This document shows, one piece after another, positions 18,208 to 27,190 of a stretch of DNA of 64,000 nucleotides (position 1 is the first letter of the stretch; each line of letters begins with the position of its first letter). A program made the position numbers and the translations under genes. The stretch comes from an uncultured Gemmatimonadales bacterium (GTDB taxonomy: Bacteria; Gemmatimonadota; Gemmatimonadetes; Gemmatimonadales; GWC2-71-9). A model generated the notes under the pieces. It had not been told where the DNA came from and did not search any database. It saw only the letters and a list, made by a program, of their open reading frames with translations. Location of the stretch: positions 1,536,001 to 1,600,000 of the forward strand of contig CAVYSW010000003.1 of the NCBI GenBank assembly GCA_963771275.1. Direction: 5' to 3'.

Positions 18208-20202
18208 GTGTCCCTCGCTGCGTTCTCCCCGCGACAACGCGCCGTGCTTGCCGCCGTCGCCGATACGCTGCTCCCGTCACTCACGCGCGACCCGGACCCG
18301 GGCGACTACTTCGCCACCGGCGCCGTGCGGGCCGGCACGCCCGATCGCGTGCTGCGCCTGATCGCCGGCCTGACGAATCCCTCGGACGTCGCGCGGCTGC
18401 GCCTGCTCGTCTCCGTGCTCGGTTCGCCCACCGCCAACCTCGCGGCTGGATTCGGGTTCCGGTCGTTCGCCGACATGGAGCCGGTGACCCGCGAGGCGTT
18501 GCTCCGCAGCTGGGCCACGTCGCCGATCGCGCTCAAGCGGGCCGGCTTTCAGGCGCTCAAGCGCCTGTGCCACGTGGCCTACTTCTGCTGGCCGACGGAC
18601 GGGGTGCGGCATCCGGTCTGGGCCGCGACCGGGTACCCGGGACCGCTGCCGCAGCCCGCGGTGGCGGTGGAACGGCTTCCGGCGCTCGCCATCGACCGTG
18701 ACACGACGCTCGACTGCGAAGTGGTCGTCGTCGGGTCGGGCGCCGGCGGCGGCGTCGCGGCCGGCGTGCTCGCCGCGGCCGGGCGCGACGTGGTCGTGCT
18801 CGAGAAAGGCCCCAATGCGGGGTCGCGCGACCTGACGCAGGTCGAAGGCGACATGCTGAGCGAGCTGTTCTTCGAGCGCGGGATGCTGATGACGCACAGC
18901 GGCTCGATGCCGATCCTGGCGGGGAGCTGCGTGGGCGGCGGGACGGCGATCAACTGGACCACCAGCTTCGCGTTGCCGGACGCGATTCGCGCCGAGTGGG
19001 ACGAGCGCGCGGGACTCGGGCTGTTCACGAGCGCGGCCTTCGGGGCGTCGCTCGACCGCGTCATGGCGCGCGGCCACGTCGGGACCACGTGGACGACGCC
19101 GGGCCGCCGGGACCAGCTGCTCGAGCGGGGGCTCACGGCGCTCGGCTGGGACGTGCACCCGATTCCGCGCAACGTGACCGGGTGCCGCGAGGGCCTCGAG
19201 TGCGGCTACTGCGGGTACGGCTGCCGGCACGGCGCCAAGAATTCCACCGACCGCACCTATCTCGCCGACGCGACGGCGGCCGGCACCCGGCTGATCCCGC
19301 AGTGCGACGTCACGCGGGTCATCGTCGAGCGGGGGCGCGCCGTTGGTGTGGAGGGAAGCGCGCGGGGCGCGGACGGCCGCGTGCACCGCGTCGGCGTGCG
19401 GGCGCGCGTTGTGATCGCCGCGGCCGGAGCGATCGCCACTCCGGCGCTGCTCGCGCGGTCGGGCCTCCGCAACCCGCACATCGGGCGCAACCTGCACCTC
19501 CATCCCGTGACCGCCGTGCTCGGCGTCTTCCCCGATCGCGTGGATCCGTGGTCCGGCAGCCTGCAGACGCGCTACACCAGTCACATCGCCGACATGGACG
19601 GCCGGGGCTACGGCGCGCGGTTCGAGACGGGCCCGCTCCACTTCGCGCTGCCGGCGAGCGCGTTCGGCTGGGAGAGCGCCCGCCAGCTGCGGGAGGACGT
19701 GGCCCGGCTGGGGTACATGAGCGTCGTCGGCATCCTGCTGCGCGATCGGGACACCGGCCGCGTGGCGGTGAGCCGGCAGGGGCGGACGCGCGTCCACTAC
19801 GAGCCGTCGCGCTACGACGTGCAGCACATGCGGCGCGCGATCCGGGCCGCCGCGGACGTGCTCGCCGCCGCCGGCGCCACCGAGCTGATCACGCTGCAGA
19901 CACCGCCGGTGCGGGCGCGGCCGGGGCAGCGCCGCTGGCTGGACGACATGATGGCCGGGGCCGACGCCGTGGGCTACCGCAGGTGCCGGATGTCGTACAT
20001 CTCGTTCCATCAGATGGCGAGCGCGGCGATCGGTCGCGACCCGGAGCGCGGCGCGGTCGGCGAGACCGGCGAGTCGTTCGAAGTGCGGGGCCTCTACGTC
20101 GCCGACGGCAGCGCGTGCCCGACGTCGACCGGCGTGAACCCGATGATCACGATCATGGCGATCGCCGACCACGTCACCCGGGGAATCGCCCAGGCGTGGT
20201 GA
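18208..20202 (+). CDS. GMC oxidoreductase, long-chain fatty alcohol oxidase-like
   Basis: VVVGSGAGGG (FAD), GSCVGGGTAINW, CGYCGYGC, NLHLHP, HQM, D.S..PT.TGVNPMITIMA. Confidence 0.9.
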   Translation: MSLAAFSPRQRAVLAAVADTLLPSLTRDPDPGDYFATGAVRAGTPDRVLRLIAGLTNPSDVARLRLLVSVLGSPTANLAAGFGFRSFADMEPVTREALLRSWATSPIALKRAGFQALKRLCHVAYFCWPTDGVRHPVWAATGYPGPLPQPAVAVERLPALAIDRDTTLDCEVVVVGSGAGGGVAAGVLAAAGRDVVVLEKGPNAGSRDLTQVEGDMLSELFFERGMLMTHSGSMPILAGSCVGGGTAINWTTSFALPDAIRAEWDERAGLGLFTSAAFGASLDRVMARGHVGTTWTTPGRRDQLLERGLTALGWDVHPIPRNVTGCREGLECGYCGYGCRHGAKNSTDRTYLADATAAGTRLIPQCDVTRVIVERGRAVGVEGSARGADGRVHRVGVRARVVIAAAGAIATPALLARSGLRNPHIGRNLHLHPVTAVLGVFPDRVDPWSGSLQTRYTSHIADMDGRGYGARFETGPLHFALPASAFGWESARQLREDVARLGYMSVVGILLRDRDTGRVAVSRQGRTRVHYEPSRYDVQHMRRAIRAAADVLAAAGATELITLQTPPVRARPGQRRWLDDMMAGADAVGYRRCRMSYISFHQMASAAIGRDPERGAVGETGESFEVRGLYVADGSACPTSTGVNPMITIMAIADHVTRGIAQAW

Positions 20203-20217
20203 CCGCGCGGCCCGGCG

Positions 20218-21954
20218 TCACAGCGAGACGGAGCCCTTCCGGAAGTCGGTGGGGTCGATCAGCACGTTGACCAGCGCCGGCGTGCCCGCGCGCGCCGCGG
20301 CCTTGGCTTGGGCGAGCGCCGGCGCGAGCTCCGCGGGCCGTGCGACGCGGAACCCGGCCCCTCCGTAGCCGCGCGCCACGACGTCGTAGTCCGTGCGCCG
20401 CAGCACCGTGCCGACGTCGTCGCCCAACAGCTCCCGCTGCTCGCGCGCGATCTGGGTCCAACCGGCGTCGTTCCCCACGACACCGATGACGGGGAGTCCG
20501 TGGCGGACGAACGTGTCGAACTCCGCGAGACTGTACGCCGCGGCGCCGTCGCCGTAGATGATCCAGACCTCCGCCTCGGGACGGTGAAGCTTGGCGCCGA
20601 GCGCGAACCCGGCGCCCACGCCGAGCGTGCCGAACACCCCAGGATCGAGGTGCCGCAGCGGGCCGCGCGGCGTGAGGATGTAGGACGCGGTGGCCGCGAA
20701 ATCGCCGCCGTCGAGCACGAACACGCTGTCGTCCTCGGCCGCCGCCTCGACCGCCTGACACACGGCGAGCGGGTTGACGAACGTGCCGGGGACGGCGGCG
20801 CGCCGGCGGATATCCTCCTCGCGGGCGGCATCCCGGGCGCGCAGGCCGGCGCGCCACGCGTCCCACGCGGGGGAAGGAGGGCGGGCGGCCGCGAGGGCCG
20901 CGAGAAATCCGGCGACGTCTCCCACGGCGGCAATCGCGGGGCGGCGGTTGAGGCGCGCCTCGGCCCGACTGAGATTGGCGGCGATGACGCGCGCCGACCG
21001 CGGAATCTGGCGCCCATAGTCGAGCCGGAAATCGCATGGCGCCCCGGCGAGCACGACGACGTCGGCCTCGCGCAACGCCGCCGTGCGCGCGTGACGCAGC
21101 AGCAGCGGATGCGCCCGCGGCAGGAGCCCGCGCGCCATGCCGGAGAGATAGACCGGAATGCCGAGCGCGGTGACGGCGCGGGCGAGCTCGTCGGCGGCGC
21201 CCGCGTGGATCATGGCCTGGCTGCCGACCAGCAGGACGGGTCGCTCGGCGCGACCGAGCAGCTCCGCCGCGCCCCGCACGCGGCGCGGATCGAGGTCGCG
21301 TGATCGGTCACGCGCGGCCGACCCGGAACCGGCCGCCGCTGTGCCGCCTCCGGCGAACATGCGGTCCAGGTGACGACGCAGATACCAGCGCTCGAGCCGC
21401 GCGCGGAACGAGCGGGGTGCGGTGGTGCCCGCGTCGTACCAGCTCCGCACGATGGCCTCGTCGTACAGCAGATCCACGGGGCACTCGAGGAACACCGGAC
21501 CCGGCACGCCGTGCGCCGCCTCGGCGAGCGCGGTCTCGAGCAACGGGACCAGGTCACGCAGCCGCCGGGCGGAGGCGGCCCACTTCACGTACGGCCGGAC
21601 CACGGGCAGGTGGTCGATGTCCTGCAGCGCGCCGCGCCCGCGGAGCACCGTCGGCGCGGCGCCGCCGAGCAGCACGACGGGCGACTGCGCCAGCCGCGCG
21701 TTCTCGAGGGCCGTGAGGGCGTTCGTCACGCCGGGACCCGCGGTCACCGCGGCGACCCCGGGCGCGCCCGACAGGCGGGCGGTGGCGTCGGCGGCGAAGA
21801 CGGCGGTGGCCTCGTCCCGCACGTCCACGACCCGCAGGCCCCGCTCCTTGGCGCCCACCAGGATCGGCGCGATGTGCCCGCCGCACAGGGTGAACAGCGC
21901 GCCCACCCCCCGCCGCGCGAGCACCTCGCCGATCCGGCGGCCGCCGTCCGTCAC
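20218..21954 (-). CDS. ThDP-dependent enzyme, acetolactate synthase-like (ILVBL/2-hydroxyacyl-CoA lyase-like)
   Basis: [32 protein letters not shown], ThDP motif GDGA...GND. GTG start overlaps the upstream TGA. Confidence 0.9.
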   Translation of the reverse strand: MTDGGRRIGEVLARRGVGALFTLCGGHIAPILVGAKERGLRVVDVRDEATAVFAADATARLSGAPGVAAVTAGPGVTNALTALENARLAQSPVVLLGGAAPTVLRGRGALQDIDHLPVVRPYVKWAASARRLRDLVPLLETALAEAAHGVPGPVFLECPVDLLYDEAIVRSWYDAGTTAPRSFRARLERWYLRRHLDRMFAGGGTAAAGSGSAARDRSRDLDPRRVRGAAELLGRAERPVLLVGSQAMIHAGAADELARAVTALGIPVYLSGMARGLLPRAHPLLLRHARTAALREADVVVLAGAPCDFRLDYGRQIPRSARVIAANLSRAEARLNRRPAIAAVGDVAGFLAALAAARPPSPAWDAWRAGLRARDAAREEDIRRRAAVPGTFVNPLAVCQAVEAAAEDDSVFVLDGGDFAATASYILTPRGPLRHLDPGVFGTLGVGAGFALGAKLHRPEAEVWIIYGDGAAAYSLAEFDTFVRHGLPVIGVVGNDAGWTQIAREQRELLGDDVGTVLRRTDYDVVARGYGGAGFRVARPAELAPALAQAKAAARAGTPALVNVLIDPTDFRKGSVSL

Positions 21955-22391
21955 GCGCGCAGCAGGTCCGGCCGCCAGGACGTGATCAGCCGCTTGATCG
22001 CCTCGCGGTCCCGGATGTCCTCGGCCAACACCTTGCGCACCAGCGCCACGACCTCCGCGTCCGCGGCGAACCGCAGACCCACCAGCTGATCGGGAGTCAG
22101 GTCGTCGATCCGGCCCTGCAAATCCGGCGGCAGGAGCCGGGCGAGCCGCAGCCGCTCCTCGAGACGGATCACGCGGTCCTGCACCGCCACGGGGAACTGC
22201 CGCGCGTAGAGGAACAACAGGCCGACACCGACGGCGAACAGAAAGGTGACCGCGCTGCCCACCGCCGGATGCCGTACGAGCTGTGCGGCGGTCCAGCCGA
22301 GATACAGCAGGAGGCACAGGGAGGTGACGAAGTGGTACCCGGGCACGAAGCGCCGGTGGGTTTTGTACGTCTGCGTCAAAGTCTCGGTCAT
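21951..22391 (-). CDS. DUF6526-like membrane protein
   Basis: [15 protein letters not shown], two TM helices, [28 protein letters not shown]. Confidence 0.75.
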   Translation of the reverse strand: MTETLTQTYKTHRRFVPGYHFVTSLCLLLYLGWTAAQLVRHPAVGSAVTFLFAVGVGLLFLYARQFPVAVQDRVIRLEERLRLARLLPPDLQGRIDDLTPDQLVGLRFAADAEVVALVRKVLAEDIRDREAIKRLITSWRPDLLRA

Positions 22392-22439
22392 GTGCGATCC
22401 TCGGGCTGAAGGGGCAAGAGCGCTCGAACGCGACGCGTG

Positions 22440-23697
22440 CTACCCCGCCGCCGCGATGGCGCGAACGCCCGCGACGAGCCGGTCCACCTCCTCGCGCGTG
22501 GTGTAGCAGGCCGACCCGGCGCGCACGAGGCCTTCGGGCTGCAGGGCGAGCCGCTCGACCACGGTGTGCGCGTAGAAGTCGCCGTGCGACACGAACACCG
22601 CGCGATCCGCCAGCCGGCGCGCGACCTCGCGGGACGGCACGCCGCGCACCACCCAGCCGACGGTCGGCGTGCGCGCCGCGCCGGGAGGCGACCCGAACAG
22701 CCGGACACCCGGGATGCCACCCAATCCGTTCCACAGCGCCGCGAGCAGGTCGCGCCCGCGGGCATGCAGCTCGGCGAACACGGCCGCGAGACGGGGCCGC
22801 AGCGCGCCCGCGCCCGCGAGGGAGCCGAGCCACTCGACGGCCGCCGCGGCACCCACGATACCCTCGTGGTTGATCGTGCCGGTCTCGACGTTCTCCGGCG
22901 GCTCGTCCGGGGCGGGAATCAGCCTGGGGAAGTCGGTCGCGGCCAGCAGCGCGCGCCGGCCGAAGAGCACGCCCACGTGCGGGCCGTAGAACTTGTAGGC
23001 GGAGCACGCGAAGAAGTCGCAGTCGAGCGCCGGCACGTCGGGCAGGACGTGCGGCGCGTAGTGCACGCCGTCCACAAACACCAGCGCGCCGGCCGCCCGG
23101 GCGAGCCGCGCCGCCGCCGCCACGTCGTTGATCGTGCCCAGGGCATTGGAAGCCGCGCCGATCGCGAGCAGGCGCGTGCGCGCGGAGCAGGCGCGCTCGA
23201 GGTCGGCCGGGTCGAGCTGCCCATCCTCGACGCGCATCCGCACCGTGCGGATCGTGATGCCCCGCTCCTGCGCGACGGCGGTCCACGGGGCCACGTTCGC
23301 GTGGTGGTCCAGCTCGGTGACGATCACCTCGTCCCCCGGCCCCCAGGCGCGGCCGAGCGCCCGCGCGAGGTGCATCGTTAGCGTGGTCATGTTGCTGCCG
23401 AACGCGATCTCCTCGGGGGTCGCGTGCAGGAACGCGGCGAACACCGCGCGCGCGTGCGCGAGCGCGGCGTCGGTCTCCGCGCTCGTCGGGTAGGCCCAGT
23501 GCGTGTTCGCGTTGTGGTGATAGAGGTAGTCGAGCAGCGCGTCGCCGACGGCGCGCGGCACCTGCGTGCCGCCCGGCCCGTCGAAGTAGGCTACCCGCTG
23601 ACCCCGGTGGACGCGCTCCAGGGCGGGGAACTGCGCGCGGATCTCGGCGGGCGTCGCGACGGTTGAGGCTTCGATGCGTCGTCTGCGCTGTAGTCAT
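22440..23697 (-). CDS. Cysteine desulfurase-like class-V PLP enzyme (VC1184-type); 5' end appears frameshifted
   Basis: IRAQFPAL, YFDGPGGTQVP, DHHANV.PW, DGVHYAPH, SAYKFYGPH, ETGT. Homology extends upstream of GTG 23561 to about 23675, but ATG 23697 is one base out of frame. Confidence 0.85.
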
Positions 23698-23790
23698 GGG
23701 CTCAGGACATTGAGGTTGCGGCTGAGAAGGTCATCGACCTGGGTGCGCTCTCGGCAAGACCGGGGCTGCGTCAGCGCCCGAACCTCGGCC

Positions 23791-23885
23791 ACCGCAGAGC
23801 CCGCGGAGCGCGCAGAGACGACCTGGTGCCTGTTAGGGACGCGCATCAGCTACTTCTCCTCCGCGTCCTCTGCGATCTCTGCGGT
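23791..23885. repeat. Imperfect inverted repeat built from 9-nt (NNCGCRGAG)x3 units
   Basis: Left arm ACCGCAGAG-CCCGCGGAG-CGCGCAGAG (23791-23817). Right arm 23859-23885 reverse-complements to ACCGCAGAG-ATCGCAGAG-GACGCGGAG. Confidence 0.8.
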
Positions 23886-23920
23886 TCATGCGGTGCCCGA
23901 ATGCCGGCCCGGAGCGCTGG

Positions 23921-24637
23921 CTACAGCAGCCGGCGCAGGATCACCAGCACGCTGATCAGCGCCGACAGCGTGAGGATGACGGGTCGCGTGTAGCCGCGGT
24001 CGAGCCAGCGCGCCGTGTGGCGCGAAAGCCAGAAGCCGACGAAGACGCCGGGGAGCAGCGTCACGGCGGCGAGGATCTCCACCCCTCCGAAACGCCCGAC
24101 GAAGTGCAGGGCGATCAGGGACAGCGACACCCCCACCAGGAAGAACGCGGCCAGCGTGGCGCGAATGGTCGGCCCCGATTCGTACTGATACAGCAACGCC
24201 ATCGGCGGGCCGCCGATCGAGACGGTCGTGCCGAGCACGCCGGAAAGCGCTCCGGCGGTGACGAGCGTCCCCGGCACCGCGGGGACACGCCGGCCGGTCG
24301 CGCTCAGGGCGACTGCCAACAGCACGAAGCCGCCGGAGGCGATGGCGAGTGGATCGGCCGGAACGACGGCGATGATCACCGCGGCGGCCGCGATGCCGGC
24401 GATGCGGCCCACGAGCGCCCACTTGAGATCCCCCCAGGTCACCGATGCGCGCTCCCGGTGGGCCATCAGGATCGTCAACGGAATGGAGGACAGCAGCAAC
24501 GGACCGGGCACCAGCTCGGGGCGGATCAGCAGCAGCAGCGGGACGGCGAAGACCCCCAGGCCGAAACCGATCGTGCCCTGCAGCAGGGCGCCGAACCCGA
24601 CGATGGCGCTGACGAGGGCAAAGAGTGCGGGACTCAC
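23921..24637 (-). CDS. Sulfite exporter TauE/SafE (TSUP) family protein
   Basis: Highly hydrophobic; QGTIGFGLG, SG.LG...SIGGPP, RATL..FF. Confidence 0.88.
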   Translation of the reverse strand: MSPALFALVSAIVGFGALLQGTIGFGLGVFAVPLLLLIRPELVPGPLLLSSIPLTILMAHRERASVTWGDLKWALVGRIAGIAAAAVIIAVVPADPLAIASGGFVLLAVALSATGRRVPAVPGTLVTAGALSGVLGTTVSIGGPPMALLYQYESGPTIRATLAAFFLVGVSLSLIALHFVGRFGGVEILAAVTLLPGVFVGFWLSRHTARWLDRGYTRPVILTLSALISVLVILRRLL

Positions 24638-24721
24638 TGCGCGGCGACGACTCCCGAGATGGGGCGCGAATGATTGCCGCTGGGGTCGGGCCGGCGCAAG
24701 CGGCGCGCCGGCATCACGCGG

Positions 24722-24753
24722 AACGGGCGCCCGGTTTGCGCCGGACGCCCGTT
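24722..24753 (-). terminator. Hairpin downstream of the DUF4384 gene, possible terminator
   Basis: Minus strand AACGGGCGTCCGG-cgcaaa-CCGGGCGCCCGTT, a 13-bp stem whose single non-canonical pair is a U-G wobble only on the minus strand. U-tail is weak. Confidence 0.5.
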
Positions 24754-24775
24754 TCCCCTTGTGGCCCCGATGCCG

Positions 24776-26410
24776 CTAGTGTCGGCGGCCACCACCGCGA
24801 CTCGGTGGACTCGACCGCGCCGGAGGAGCCGAGCGGGCGGGCGGCGAAGCCCGGGGAGCCGAGGTCCGCGGCGCCGGCGAAGCCCGCGGCGGGGACGCCG
24901 TGCGCGGCGCGGGACCACTGCGCCGCGAGAGGGACGGCGTGCCGCTGCTCGTCGATCGGCCGCTGGATGGGGCCGCGCTCCTGGTCGGCGCGCGCTGACT
25001 GCCGGGGCCCACCGGTTGGACACCCGAACGCTCGGCCGGCTGCATCGTGCGCCGCTCCGGGCCGGACACCGGCGCACGCGCCGTCGAGCGCGGCTCAGGC
25101 GCGTCGTTCGCGATGCGGAGGCCGCGCGGGGCCGGGCGCGCCGCTGGCTGGTCGGGGGTGCGCGATCCCGATTGCGGCGCCGGTGCCGCGCGCCGGGTCG
25201 GCCCGATCCTGCCGAGATTCGTGGAGCCGTCACCACTCGGTCGCTGCGGCTGCGCCGGCGCAACGCGCCGGCCCGGACCCGCGGCCGTGGCGCCGGTGGC
25301 GCCGTCCCGCGTGGGTGCCTGCGTCCCCTGCGGTGCGACCCGACGACCCGGACCCACCACCTCAGCCCCGGAGGAACCGCCTCGAACGGGCTGTGGCGCC
25401 ACCCGGCGGCCGATCGCTGCCGACCGGTCCCCGACGGATGTCCGGGTATTCGTCACGGTGCGCCGCCCGAAGTCACCGTTCCACAGCACGCCGGTGGTGC
25501 CACTCGCCAACACGGCTCGAGCGGCCGGCGTCCGCTGCCGCGGGCCCACGGCCCGTGGCTGCAAGCCCCAGCGGTCGTCTGGCGACTTGAACGTGTAGCG
25601 CCCGCTGCCGTGTCCCCCGCCCCCGTAGTACCCAGGGCCGTACCCGGGCCCGTAATACACGGAGCGTGTGTAGGGGTAGTGCGGACCGTACCAGCCCCCG
25701 TAGCTCCAACCGGGCCAGTAGCCCGGCCACCCGAACCACGGGTCATACCACGGATTGTACCACGGATCCCACCAGGGGTCGTACCAGAACGCGGCCGGCC
25801 CGATGCCGAGCCCGAAGTTGATGCTGAACGCGGAGTGGCCGTACCAGGCGTGACCGCCGTAGTAGGGATCGTACAGCGACAGGTTCGCCGCCGCGTCGTA
25901 CCCGACGTCGTAGCGCGTTACGTCATACTCGAACGTCCCGCCCGCGAGCTTCTGGACGAGCGCGGTGAGGTCGGCCTCCGGGTCGTCCCCCACGGCAAAA
26001 TCCGGCGCGCGGTAGTCCCAATGGCCGTTCAGCACCAGGCCGTCAAACTGGAACGGATCGCGCGAGACCGCCGCGTACACGTACCCGCTCCCGTCCGTCT
26101 GGTAGACCGCGAAGGCTTCGCGATCTCCGCGCCCGCGAATCTCGTAGTCCCGCCCGCCGCGAACGTAATCGTCGTCAGTTGGATCGAGGGGGAAGAGCAC
26201 GCGCACGCGGCCGGACGGCTCGACATGCAGTACCACCACATAGCCGTCGTCCTGCGTGCGCACGTACGCGCGGATCTTGTCGGCGCGCATCACGTCGCTG
26301 CGGTTGAGCCAGACCCGAATCCCCGGGTCGTCACGGCCCTGGGCCTGCGCCGCCGAGCTCGTCGCGGCAGCGGCTGTCAGGGCCAATGCCGCCAATAGGA
26401 CCGATCGCAT
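24776..26410 (-). CDS. Secreted DUF4384-domain protein with W/Y/G/P-rich segment and long R/P/S/A low-complexity tail
   Basis: Signal peptide; IRVWLNR, DGYVVVLHV..SGRVRVLFP.DP.DDDYVRGG; WYDPWWDPWYNPWYDPWFGW. GGAGG RBS. Confidence 0.8.
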   Translation of the reverse strand: MRSVLLAALALTAAAATSSAAQAQGRDDPGIRVWLNRSDVMRADKIRAYVRTQDDGYVVVLHVEPSGRVRVLFPLDPTDDDYVRGGRDYEIRGRGDREAFAVYQTDGSGYVYAAVSRDPFQFDGLVLNGHWDYRAPDFAVGDDPEADLTALVQKLAGGTFEYDVTRYDVGYDAAANLSLYDPYYGGHAWYGHSAFSINFGLGIGPAAFWYDPWWDPWYNPWYDPWFGWPGYWPGWSYGGWYGPHYPYTRSVYYGPGYGPGYYGGGGHGSGRYTFKSPDDRWGLQPRAVGPRQRTPAARAVLASGTTGVLWNGDFGRRTVTNTRTSVGDRSAAIGRRVAPQPVRGGSSGAEVVGPGRRVAPQGTQAPTRDGATGATAAGPGRRVAPAQPQRPSGDGSTNLGRIGPTRRAAPAPQSGSRTPDQPAARPAPRGLRIANDAPEPRSTARAPVSGPERRTMQPAERSGVQPVGPGSQRAPTRSAAPSSGRSTSSGTPSLSRRSGPAPRTASPPRASPAPRTSAPRASPPARSAPPARSSPPSRGGGRRH

Positions 26411-26482
26411 ACATCCTCCCGGTATCTCGGGATGGGCCGCCTGTCCAAGGAAGGCAGTCCCAGTTCACCGCTCTACGGTACT

Positions 26483-26498
26483 AGCGAGATGCGTGCCA
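26483..26498 (-). promoter_or_regulatory. Sigma54 (-24/-12) promoter of the DUF4384 gene
   Basis: Minus strand TGGCACGCATCTCGCT versus consensus TGGCACGNNNNTTGCW, with correct GG-N10-GC spacing, about 70 nt before the ATG. Confidence 0.65.
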
Positions 26499-26590
26499 CA
26501 TGCTAACCTATTGTCAGGCAACCGGTTCAGTAAACTCCGCCGGGGCCAATCCGTCCACTTTTCATGACACCGGAGCGGGGTGGTGACAAC

Positions 26591-27016
26591 GTGACCTGGA
26601 AAGCGTCAGCCAGACACTGGACGTGGACCCTGGACGCGGAGTTCGGGCACCGGGATATCACGCCTGATCTCGCAGGCGCCGTCGCCGAGGCGGGGGTCCG
26701 GATCGGGGTGGTGACGGTGCAGCTCACGGGGTCAACCGGGGCGGTCACGACCATCGAGTACGAGTCCGGGGCCCTCCAGGACTTGCGGCGGGCCCTGGAC
26801 CGGATCGCCGCCGCGAACGACGACTACGCGCACAACGCCCGCTGGGGGGACGGCAACGGTTTCTCGCACGTCCGCTCGGCGCTGCTCAAGACCTGCCTCA
26901 CGATCCCGGTCGTGGAGGGCCGGCTGGCCCTGGGCACGTGGCAGCAGGTGGTGGTGATCAACCTCGACAACCGCCGGCGGGCGCGGGAGGTGGTGGCGGT
27001 GGTGATGGGAGAGTAA
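26591..27016 (+). CDS. yjbQ: YjbQ (UPF0047) secondary thiamine-phosphate synthase family
   Basis: GSTGAVTTIEYE.G, Y.HN..WGDGNG.SHVRS.L, LGTWQQ. Start uncertain (GTG 26591 or ATG 26564). Confidence 0.9.
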   Translation: MTWKASARHWTWTLDAEFGHRDITPDLAGAVAEAGVRIGVVTVQLTGSTGAVTTIEYESGALQDLRRALDRIAAANDDYAHNARWGDGNGFSHVRSALLKTCLTIPVVEGRLALGTWQQVVVINLDNRRRAREVVAVVMGE

Positions 27017-27190
27017 GAGCGTGTAGCGTGTGGCGTGCAGCGAGGGTGGAGATATCCTGCTCCGGCGGTTGGGTCTTCGTCCGCCTCAGCGCGAGTGTGC
27101 CAGGTCGTCCCCGCCCCGTGTATACTTCTCAGATGATGGTGTCATAGTGGGTCGCCACTCCGTCGTTCTCGCCTCGTCCCGTCACCCGTC

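Noticed and set aside
20218..23697. 1159-aa ORF suggesting a PLP-ThDP fusion
   Set aside because: The N-terminal half is off-frame read-through across two real genes. The ThDP enzyme starts at GTG 21954.
24776..25860. Repetitive DNA resembling an array
   Set aside because: It consists of coding low-complexity repeats of the DUF4384 protein; there are no constant repeats with unique spacers and no cas genes.
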